A stretch of DNA of 64,000 nucleotides from Macrostomum lignano (taxonomy: Eukaryota), in contig NIVC01001167.1 of assembly GCA_002269645.1 (NCBI GenBank), forward strand, positions 261,933-325,932. The letters run 5' to 3'. Shown piece by piece: positions 36,801 to 47,323 of this stretch; the first letter of the stretch is position 1; every line of letters begins with the position of its first letter. Under the pieces are notes generated by a model, which did not search any database, was not told where the DNA came from, and saw only the letters and a program-made list of their open reading frames with translations. The translations under genes were made by a program, and so were the position numbers.

Positions 36801-37684
36801 TGACTATAGATTTATGAATAGTAGCGTATCGGTCTCAGACTAGGTAGATAGGCGTAATTTATATATATATATATATATATAATAGATTAATAGGAGTATT
36901 TGAGTAGCTTAGTTATACCGTAGTGTCTCAGACTTATTCTCCCTGCTTGTAGCTCGCTTATTTGCTTATTTACTTATTAATACAAACGTTGAAAATGCAG
37001 TAGTAAATATAATTATATGGTTGATCGGTAAACAACATCCAAACATATTCTACCTCGTTTGAGTTACTATTAATCATATGTAAGGTTCTTAGTTTGCGGC
37101 CAACTAGAAAACTTATACTATGGTTTTCAACTCCCTTACCTGTACCACTGAGTTTTGTTTGAGCTACGCCAGTGCTCAATTCCATGTTAACCCTTTCTTT
37201 TGCTATCTTTCTCAAAACTCAATAAACGCCGATTCATTATAATTTAATAAGGCTTTCTTAATAGTGACTACTCTCCTGGCGTCGGCATCGACCTCGGCAG
37301 TGACTTTCGGCGACTTTGGCTTCCGCGGCGACTTCAGCGACTCCGGCCTCGTCAGCGGCTTCTCGGCGCCTGCAGCCTCGGCGACTTCGACGGCCCGGTG
37401 TCTCGGCGGCTCGGCTGGTCGGCAGCTCGGTGACTCGTCAGCGCGGCGCCAGGTGCCTGCAACTGTTCGGCCAGCCTCGCGCGACGTCTGCAACACGGCG
37501 CCAGGTCTACCGGCCTAGTAGATACCAGAGCATAGCATCGTTTTAAAGACTTTTCTTGCACTCTCTAGAATTGGCTCTACTTTAAGTAGTATCATTTGAT
37601 TTTTAAAGTTTTACTAGTTTTAGTTTTAAATAGTTTTATTAGGCCTACCGCTTTTCTTGAATTTAGTACTGTCAGTAGTAATCC

Positions 37685-40183
37685 ATGGAAGTAGAGACCC
37701 AGAACAAACGCTCATCTCGCGACACCGACTCGCCACCGGTTGTCACGGCGACGAAAAAGGCAAACAATCGCTCGTCCTCTGGTCCTGGACGAGCGTCCAA
37801 CTCTGCTCCGACGGCAAGCAGCGTGCCAGCATGCGCCAAGCTAGAAGAAGAACCTCCAGCAGTCAGCAGTCGGGATGTTCAAGCCCCAGCACCCTCGTCT
37901 GAGGCCAGATCCAGGCTGTCCATCGCGGCGAGTCATCCTCTGCCTCCTGACGAAAATGACGCGCCTTCAGGTGAGACCTCCCCGGGGTCGGGCTCTGGCA
38001 CTGGTTCTAAAACGGTTCAAATAAATAAGACTGGTGAACAAATTCTAAATCTAGGACACAATCATGGCCAGCTTAGGTACCTACCTCAGGCCTTAGCTAA
38101 AATTGAGAACGATCTCACTAACATTATTATGAAAGAAATTCATCCTGCCGCGTTTCACCACCAAACAAACGGGCGACCTGAAATGAGAAAAGTAGTTTGG
38201 TTTGGGCCACCGTACTCTTACAGAAATGGCCAGCTTGACAGAAATGATCAATGGCACCCAGAGTTTATCAAACTAGTCACCTGGCTCCACGTTGAACTGG
38301 GATTACCACTCTTCAACTCCTGTCTTATCAACTTCTATGAAGATGGTAACACGACTATTCCATGGCACGCCGACAACGAACCTGAGCTTGGAGTCAACCC
38401 TACTATAGCCTCTATCTCGTTAGGTGCTCCAAGAGAGTTTGTAGTCAGGGCCAACACCTCAAAGAATATTGTGTTCAAACAACACCTGGCCAGCGGCAGC
38501 GTTCTCATTATGAGTGGCTCAACCCAGCAGCACTTCCAACATTGCATCACGAAGGACCCAAAGGTAAAAAATATGAGAATCGACTTAACTTTCCGAACAA
38601 CTCAAGACCCGGCACCGATAACGCCGCACTTCAATCCTTGCGTGCGTCCAGCAGATGATGCCATTGAACAGCAGCCAATCACCTGTGACCTAGACAATGA
38701 AGAGTCAATTCACCTAAAAGCTCAAGAAGAAAAAGCCAACTTTGAACGCATTAGACAATTAAGCCAATCCAGCACTAGTTCTTATCGCCAGCACAATCAA
38801 TCTAACAACCAAACTAAAGCTAAGGGGTCTGCACCGGTACTTTTCGAAGTCGCCCTAGAAGGGAAGGACCCCATCCAATTCGAACGGTTGCTCAAGACCA
38901 ATTTTCCTAACATCAGGGTCAAATCTGTCAAATAATTGTGCCATTCATCTGGTTACATAAAAATTCCTGAACATCCTAAAGACTTCAATGTACTCCTAAA
39001 TGGGCCGCTTAAAGTAGACTCCATCAATGGGCATGAAGTTACTCGCAGACTTGCCTCCAAACGACCAACCCGTCAAGGCGATGATCGATCACAAATTCGA
39101 GGACCTCTCAAGGCACCAAATTTACACTCATTCATAGTAAAAATGTAAAAAAAATGCGGTTGATGTCAGCGGCCTAGCGAAACACCTCTCGGAGGGTGAC
39201 CAGCAGCTTCCAATTGATGGGGCTGTCCGCATCTACTCGAAGGCTACTGGTCAAGCTACCCCCTTTGTCCGCCTCTTCACTAAATGCCGTGGCGCCATGG
39301 ACCACTGCATTGAACATGGCATCTACCTTGGACTGTTCCGGTACCGCTGTGAAGCCTCAACCAGCCTCCCACCAGTCAAAGCGATTCAATGCAAACGTTG
39401 CCAAGGCTTTGTTCACCTCGAGACTCGATGCACATCTGGTTTCAAGTGCAACAAATGTGCTCAAGACCACTACTCTGGCGATTGTCCAAAGGAGCACAAG
39501 TTCAAGTGCGCAAATTGCGAAGGAGAGCACCCGGCTTATTCCTACAAATGCCCAATGGTCAAGAAGGCCAACGAAGCTGCTACAAGTAAAGAACACGAGC
39601 GCATTAACAACTTAAAACTAAAACAAAAACGAAAAAAAAATTTCCGGAATAACCAGTTGCCATTTGGGAGCCAGACCCTTGGGGAGGTTTTCGGCGTTCC
39701 AGGTCCGCAGTCCTATGCCGAGATGTTGCGTCCCAACCCAAACCAGCTCTGCCATCCATGGGTCCAATTGCCTACTCCAACCGAGCTGCTCAGGCTTTCA
39801 TCTCGGCCTCGGCTCAGCCTGCTGACTCTCTCGCTGCCGCCGCTGCCAACCATCAAGCGCTGCTAGGTGCAACCAATCCATCTGAGTTCACAACAGCTGC
39901 TCCAGCCAATCCGGTCTCGACGCAATCTGGAGTTGATTCTACTAATCAATCAGGACCATGTGAGAGGGGCCTTTTCTCTCGGGAAGACGTGCTCGAGGTT
40001 GCGTTGCTGGCGCTTGACCGACTCATGAGCATAGAACCAGGACGGATGTTCACCCCCTGGGAGGCGGGGCAACTTGTCTTCCGGGTGGTGTCTAAAGTCG
40101 TAAGGGTGTTCAGGAATCAGAGAGTGCCTGTTGCAGAGTCAGGGGACACCAAAGTCGCGCAAGCGAACGGAGGTGGAACCTGA
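37685..40183 (+). pseudogene. E2 ORF1: N-terminus + intact AlkB domain + RRM-like region + three CCHC knuckles (stop 38933, frameshifts)
   Basis: CKRCQGFVHLETRC, CNKCAQDHYSGDC, CANCEGEHPAYSYKC downstream of AlkB; PVLFE..FPNIRV..VTRRL shared with E1 and E4. Confidence 0.9.
38068..38596 (+). CDS. alkB: AlkB (ALKBH2/ALKBH3-like) 2OG-Fe(II) dioxygenase domain of E2 ORF1
   Basis: RKVVWFG..YSY, FNSCLINFYEDG, WHADNE (H 38366, D 38372), IASISLGAPREF, LASGSVLIMSGSTQQHFQH (H 38540), RIDLTFR (R 38576, R 38594). Confidence 0.95.
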
Positions 40184-40272
40184 ACTCTCTGATTATAAGT
40201 TGCTTAGCTTAGTTCAATATATTCAATTCTACTCGTAAAACTCCTACGACAAATACCAAAAGTCACTCCGTT

Positions 40273-43048
40273 GTGCGGGACTTCCTCAACATTGGGCATC
40301 TGAACTGTAACTGGCTCAGCAACAAAATCTATGAAATAATTTCATGGCTAAATAATGAGGACTTAGATATAGGACTATTCTCCGAAACTGGCTTAGTTGA
40401 TACAAACCCTTTCTTTGTTCAAGACTACGCTATCCTTAGGTTTGACAAACCTCACTGTAGAAGAGGACTTGCCGTAGCTTATAAAAATAATCCTAACATT
40501 ATGAATATTAAAAAGTTTTATGACAACAGTCACCATGAATACATTAGTTTTGAGGTTTTCTTAAAGCATAACAGGTTGAACAAGCTTAATATAGTCCTCT
40601 TCTACAGGGCTCCCAACCCCACCAGGCTAAACTGTGACATTTTAAACAAACTTTTCTCTAATCCCTCCACCCTGGTCATTGGGGACTTTAATTGTAACCA
40701 TCTTGCCCTTAGTGGAGATTCCAATTATAATTACCCTGGCAGACAGCTCTTTGACTGGCTAGAAGAGCACCCCAACCCCCCATCTTACTAAACAACTATG
40801 GTGAGTTCACCAGAGTGTGCAATCGTGGCGGCTCCCACACTGCGAACGTGCTGGACTTGGGGCTTTGCTCTCCCAACCTTGGCGCCCACACCAGAGAGGT
40901 CCTTATAGGGGACGACTTGGACAGTGACCACTTCCCCATCATTATTAAAGTCTACCTTGACCCAAACAGTAAAATATCGAAAAAAACCCAAAAGTTTTTG
41001 GAGCACTGACTGGGAGACCTTCAGGGTGGTTCTTCAAGACAAGCTCAGTGACAATCAAATCAGCAATCTTAGGTTAGCTACTCCAGGTGAATTAGATCGA
41101 GCTGAAGATCTGTTAACTCAGAGTCTGAATGACACGATTGAGGAGGTGGTCCCAAACAGGGACCCCCGCGAGCAGCTCCCTCCCGACATAATAGCCAAGA
41201 TTAAGTACAGGAGAAAACTTGGGAAGCTTTTTAGGAATACCCGAATAGATAATTTTAGGATTCAGACGAATCAAGCTGCCAAGGAGATCAGGCTAGCCAT
41301 TCGTGTGCACAGGTCAAGAAAGTTTGAAAACTTATGTGAAAAAATTTCCAAGACCAGTTACCGTAAAGAACCAAGAAAATTCTGGGTTGACATAAAAAAA
41401 ATGATAAGTGAGGGTCCCAAACCCATCACCTACCCCCCGATTGTTCTCAAAGACTGTCGCTGATACTGAAGCTGAGAAAGCTCAGGCCTTCAAAGAATTC
41501 CTCGAGGCTCAGATGCGTCCCTGCCCAGATAGATCCACCCAGCTGTACAAAAAGATTGAGGCCCAAAAAGATCTTGAGATCTACAAACCTCATAACAACA
41601 TCTTAGCTGCGTTAGCCTATCATAAAGACCATGCTGATCCCGATAATCCGGACAAAGAAGACGTAGAAGCTGATATCCTTAATATCATAGATCAGGATGT
41701 TCTATGGGAAAGCAGGAAGCTCAGGGCAGGGGGGGGGCTCCTGGGCCTGACAAGATACCGAATGTTGTCCTCAAATTTAGCCTGAGTCCAGACTCCATCA
41801 GGGTGCTTGCGAAAATCTTTAATGCTAGTTTCCTCCTTGGATACTTCCCCAAGCGATGGAAAATGGCCACTGTCAAAATGATATCCAAACCTAATAAGCC
41901 AAAAAATCTCAATGCTTATTATTAGCCTTACCTCTTGTTTAGGTAAACTTTATGAGAAAATCTTAGCAAGGAACCTTCGGGTTATCTTAGAAAATCTAGG
42001 GATCATTAATGACGAGCAATGTGCCTATATGTATGATCATAGTACCTACGATAATATTGTTCGACTTACTGACGATGTGCTAAAAATGCTCCAGCTGAAA
42101 CAGTACACGTTGGGGGTCTTTTTTGACGTAAAGGGAGCCTTTGATGGGGTCTGGCACAACTACCTTAAATTCAAAACTCGAAAGTGTGGAGTCCCGCACA
42201 ACATGACCAGAATCTTAGCAAATTATCTTGACGATAGAACTGTCGAGATTGTAGTAGCTGGAGCTCAAAGTGCAGGGTTCCAGCCAAAAGCAGGTGTCCC
42301 CCAGGGGGGTGTCCTTTCGCCCCTACTATTTATTATTTATGTCAGCTCTATACCAAAACCGACAGATAATAAAGTTAAAATTAGTCAGTTCGCTGATGAC
42401 TTGGCGGTCTGGGCATGTGCAAGAAAATCTACCATGTCTGCTAAAAGACTCAACGACTACTTCATCCGTCTCAAAAGGTGGCTTGATGCTGTTGGTATCA
42501 CTATTAATGCCTCAAAAAGTAAAGCAATCTCCTTCTTCAAGGCGAACGGCAACAAAACAGGCCCTGGTGAACCCCTAATCAAACTTGGGAACAACAGAAT
42601 TAGTTATTATGACACTGTCACCTTTCTTAGCATGGTCCTAGACAAACAACTTAACTACAAACCTCACGTCGACAAGGTCGTAGGTACTACCACAAAAAAG
42701 ATTGCTGCGCTAGACAGAATGGTTAAAAATTCCAGAATTTCCCAACTCGGACTACGACTGATCTATGGGTCTTACATTGAAAGTACCATCGCTTACGGTG
42801 CTCCAATTCTTCTTAATCTTTCCGACTTCCAGGTCAATAGAAATCAGGTGCTCCAAAACAAGGCTCTGCGTATCATCCTTGACGCTCCACCCTACATCAA
42901 AATTTCCTACATTCACTTGGTCACTAACATGCCCATGATCAAAGATCGCCTGCTCAGCCTGGGGAAAAAATGGTTCAAAAAAGCGTTAGAAAGCGGTATA
43001 CATAATTTTAAAGAAGACACTAAAGAATGGTCGAGACCCGGCTTTTGA
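40273..43048 (+). pseudogene. E2 ORF2: APE + complete RT, no RNase H (stops and frameshifts)
   Basis: HLNCN..FSET, IGDFNCNH, DSDHFP, APGPD, ISLTSCLGKLYEK, DVKGAFDGV, GVPQGGVLSP, QFADD, FLSMVLD. Confidence 0.95.
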
Positions 43049-44924
43049 GTCCCGGTCACAACCGTTCTCAGGAAAAAACTTAATGCCTAAATTATAGCCA
43101 GATTCTTGGCTATAAGACTAATATTGTGCCCTTTTTGTTGGGGATTGATCTGTCGACCCTCTTCTATTTGTTAATTTTTGAAATTATAAAACAAAAAATT
43201 TTGCCGTACAACGGGACGGCTCCTGAGGTTATAACCTGCCTTCCTAGGGGTACTAGCATGGGATATGCATGCTATGCTGCATAGCCCTCTCTATCCACAG
43301 CTCCCTCAGGACGGGAGACGTTTTAAACCTGGAACCCCAAACCAGGTGGACCAATAGGCCCTTAACTCTGACTGAGTGAGCCGCTTTGGATTGGATTTGG
43401 GGTTTGGATTGCTATTTATAGCTTCAAAAAATTTGACATGACAGCTATGGAAACTTCGTTTTCGTAGCAGTAGTATGATTTGAATTTGACCATTAATATT
43501 GATTATTCTTAGGAATGATCGATTAAATTTTGACTCGAGCACCTCTCTCCGGGAGAGAGTCCAAACTTTACTGCTGGCTTTGATTCCAATCAGTTGACCA
43601 AATCTTAATGCGACTATCTTCCACTTAAAGTATTAGTCATCAAATCAAATATTTTTCAAATATTGCTAAACGTTTCACTTTTATTCTTTCCAAATTGCTA
43701 AAATTCTTTTATTCTGTTTATATTTAGCTCAAATATTTTCTTTGTGATTTCTTTACTTTGTTTTTACTCCTAATCTTGAAATTTTCATTTCAGTTTTAGT
43801 TTTATCTCACTTTCTTTATCTCTTGTTTTACTCTTGCTCTTATCTTTTCTATCTTTTATACTCGTATTATTTGTTATATAGCTACCCCCAAATATTTGTT
43901 TTATGTAAATATTTCCTCGTTTTTTACTTTTCCTAAATTGGACGTTCATAATCTAATAATTTGGAACACAAAAATACATAGTCGCGCAAGAGCCCTTCAA
44001 AGGGCTGAGGCGCAGGGCAATTCTATTTTATATTAGCCCCTACCTATCAAGTAAGTAAGTAAGTCCTTAGAGCAGTCCTTGGCTTTTTTGGAAAGTTAAG
44101 AAATTGCTGTGCTTTAGACACCACAGGTATCTACAGTGTAGGCCTACAGGTGTTTACTGTGCAGTATATTGACAAGCTTTCTGGGAAACCCACGTTACCT
44201 GGCGTCTTCGGCTTCTGCGGCGATCAACGGGTTCTGCAGCTTCTCCGGCCTCGGCGACTGCTCTTCAGCGACTTCGGCATCGTCGGCGGCGTCTGCGGCG
44301 GCCAGCTTCGACGGCAGCATCGGCGCCTGCGGCTTCGGCGGTTCGACGGCTGGGCCGGGCTCAGCGGCGGCGGGTGCGCGGCTCTTCAGCGGCGACGGCA
44401 CGGCACCAGGCACCTTGCGCGGCATCAACACGGCGCCAGACCCGCTCGTCTTATAGAAACTAGGACCTATTATCAGTTGTAGACTTTATCTTGCATTTAG
44501 TTGACTATAGACTACTGACAGTAGGTCAATTAGCATTTTCTTATAGTTTATTAATTAAGTTTTAAGTTTTAAGTTTTAATTAGCCTACCGTTTTAAGGCT
44601 TTATCTTGTATATTAATCTTATTAACAATTTATTTAAATGGAAATTGAGACTAATAGTAAGAGGGCACGTGAAACCGACTCGCCACCGGTCACTAAAAAA
44701 GCCAACAACCGTACTTCAACTGGCACCGACCGGTCTGTTGCTGCGTCGTCCATTCAAGCGTCGTCTCGTATGCAGCATCAGCACACTCTTGACGAAGAAC
44801 CTTCGGTCGGCGTCCAGGATGGTGAGCCCAGGCCTGTTCTGAAAGAGTCACATTTCTCAATCTCAAAGCCAGACTTATCAGATGACAAAACTTACAAACC
44901 AGTTCCAAACTGCAAGATCAGATA

Positions 44925-45439
44925 TATCCCTAATGAAGGCTAATGAGGCTAAACTCACCAAAATCCTCATGGAGGAGGTATACCCGCTGTCCTTCCACCA
45001 TCAAACTGGGGGTAGACCGGAAGCTAGGAGGGTGGTCTGGTATGGGCCAGAATACACCTACGGTGGTAGCAAGCTTGAAAGTAACGACGACTGGAACCCG
45101 GTTGTCACGCACCTTGCCACATGGTTGTGTATCGAGCTCAATCCGCCATTAGCAAATTCCTGTCTCATTAATTTCTACAAAGACGGGTCAGTAGCCATCC
45201 CATGGCACTCAGACAACGAGCCGGAGCTAGGAGATGACCCGACAATAGTGTCAGTGTCATTAGGTGCCCAGAGAGATTTTCAGCTCAGGACAAAGGGCAT
45301 GAGTCAGAACGTTGTCTTTTCGCAGAAGCTGGCTAGCGGCAGTGTAACAGTAATGAGTGGGGCCACGCAACGGTACCTTCAGCACTCTATCGCCAAAGAC
45401 CTGAAAGTCAAAGATTTTAGAGTTAATCTTGCATTCAGA
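44925..45439 (+). CDS. alkB: AlkB domain of E3 with all catalytic residues
   Basis: RRVVWYG..YTY, NSCLINFYKDG, WHSDNE, IVSVSLGAQRDF, LASGSVTVMSGATQRYLQH, RVNLAFR. Confidence 0.93.
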
Positions 45440-45639
45440 ATCACTAAGGATCCCAGAATTGAGAACTCACCAGCTCATACACCTGCATCAGCCAATCCTT
45501 GCGTCCGTCCGACTGACGACTCCATCACCTGCCACCTTGACGATGAAGAGTCGGTACGGCGCAGGGGTAGGCAGGACGCAGAAAACATGCAAAAGATTAG
45601 TTCACGCTCCAGCAGCAGCTGTAGGCTTAACTCTAAAAC

Positions 45640-46150
45640 TAATCGAACCAATCAGGACACTCAAGCACAAACAGCCAATCAGCGATCACAGCAGACTACT
45701 CAGCAATCCACTAAGCAATCTAAACCTAGCACTCAGCAGCCTCACTCAGCCAATCAGCACTCAGGCACTCAGCAGCCAGCCACTCAGCCTAACACTAAGC
45801 AGTCAAACGCAGCCAATTAGCACACACAATAAGGCACTCAGTAACATTCGTCAAACACTCAGCAGTCACATTCAGCCAATCAGCAATCAGGCACACAGCA
45901 GCCAGCCACTCAACCCAGCACTCAGCAGGCACAAGCAGCTCTGCAATCACAAGCAACTAAACCAGCTAATCAGACTCAGCAGCAAGCTTCCACTCAGGGA
46001 GTAAACTCAGGCAATCAGCAGTCAGCACCAAGAATTCACACTCAACCACCCAACAGCTACCAACTACCTGCAACTCAGCAATCAAACATTCACACACAGC
46101 AGTCACAAGCACGCACTCAACAGTCAGCCACACAACAACCTAACAATTCT
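45640..46150 (+). repeat. CAGC/ACTCA-rich degenerate repeat expansion (Q/S/T/N-rich)
   Basis: Recurring CACTCAGCAGCC / AATCAGC units. Confidence 0.8.
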
Positions 46151-46799
46151 TCTTGATGTGGCCGCAGCCTTCTGCTGCAAGCATAGGGCCGCAGTCACAT
46201 CTTAGGCACTCTGTCCGCTGCTAGCATCTGGAATAGGAATTTTCTGCTGCCTCCATGCACTCTAAGCAGCCTTACTTGGCGCTCAGAAGTTGCACAATAT
46301 GGCGCAAGCGAGCCGTTGTATGAGGCTCAATAGCATAGGAAATTAGGAAGTTTTGCCTAGCCTAGGGTTAGTTAGTGTAAGCCGCCAAATTTGGCACTTG
46401 CCTGTACTGTTGTTGCCTGGCCTGCCGCGTACAATCGCTCAGTGTACGCAAGTCTAGTTAGCCGCACTCCTCCCCCGTGCGCTCTCTGGCAGAGCACATT
46501 CCCAGGCTGGCCATGCAGTCCACTAAACAAAAAATCTAGTCAGGTGGCTCCACCGTGGCTCCACCTTGGCTAGCCCTTGCACCCGTGGACTCGGGGATCC
46601 AATGAGTGAGTCTGACAGTTTCCCACGCTAAAAATAGCTTGTTAACGGGACCCAGCCGGGCGGCTGTGGAGAAGCAGACGCCAGAACTTGACTCGTATTG
46701 GTTGGCAAGATACATGGCACTAATTCAAAAAAAGAAAAAAAACTTTTTTGGCTTTTATTGCGTGAGCATTAATAGCATTGACCTTGCCAAGGCGCTAAA

Positions 46800-47190
46800 A
46801 TGGGCGCCCAAAGGCTGAAATTGGCGCCGGTATATTAAAATCGGCGCAAAAAAGTAGCAAGCTGATATATGCTGCCACTTCTACGCCCGTTGGCACATTC
46901 CAGCGCTGATTCGGCGATCCTGGCGCCAATTTGGGGATCCTGGCGCCAAATTTAGCTTCCGGCGCCACTTCGAGCTCTCCCGCGCCAATTTGAGCTTTCC
47001 AGCGCTAGTTTGAGCTTTCTAGGGCTAGTTTGGGTCCTCTCGAGCTGATTTCAGCATTTTGGCGCTGATTCAGCGATCCTGGCGCCAATTTGGGGATCCT
47101 GGCGCCAAATTTAGCTTCCGGCGCCAATTCGAGCTTTCCCGCGCCAATTTGAGCTTTCCAGCGCTAGTTTGAGCTTTCCAGGTGCGCAGC
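46800..47190. repeat. GGCGCC-rich array with a ~159-bp direct duplication
   Basis: GCGATCCTGGCGCCAATTTGGGGATCCTGGCGCCAAATTTAGCTTCCGGCGCCA.. at ~46913 and ~47072. Confidence 0.85.
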
Positions 47191-47323
47191 ACCCCAGCCA
47201 TTTTAACTATTGACAAGCTTTTGTTGGAATATGACTTCAGATTTTGGAAAACATGCAAAAGTAGTTTCGGGGATTGGAATTCCACGGTTTCAATATACGC
47301 GGTTTTCAGTAGCTTGTGCTAAG

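Larger units (their letters stand above)
32337..37263 (+). mobile_element. Copia LTR retrotransposon (rearranged) with 5-bp TSD GTGAC
   Basis: 5' LTR 32337-32595 (TGTTAA...TTAATA); PBS GGTTATGGGCCC 32596-32607; partial 3' LTR ~37119-37263; GTGAC at 32332-32336 and 37264-37268. Confidence 0.92.
32211..44063 (+). mobile_element. E2: AlkB-bearing Jockey/I-group LINE (~6.9 kb without the Copia insertion), (TAAG)n tail
   Basis: 5'UTR 32211-32336 + 37269-37684 is colinear with the E3 5'UTR once Copia is removed; ORF1 37685-40183; ORF2 40273-43048; 3' stem-loop ~43984-44013; tail 44048-44063. Confidence 0.88.
44069..46150 (+). mobile_element. E3: 5' part of a third AlkB LINE (5'UTR, ORF1 N-terminus, AlkB, repeat expansion); gag knuckles and ORF2 absent
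   Basis: Begins AGAGCAGTCCTTGG; MEIETNSKRARETDSPP is homologous to the E2 N-terminus; frameshift from a ~10-bp duplication near 44935. Confidence 0.85.

Noticed and set aside
38068-38596. AlkB as a host ALKBH2/3 gene or bacterial contaminant
   Set aside because: Intronless, in frame with the LINE ORF1 N-terminus and running into gag, repeated in three LINE copies inside element boundaries
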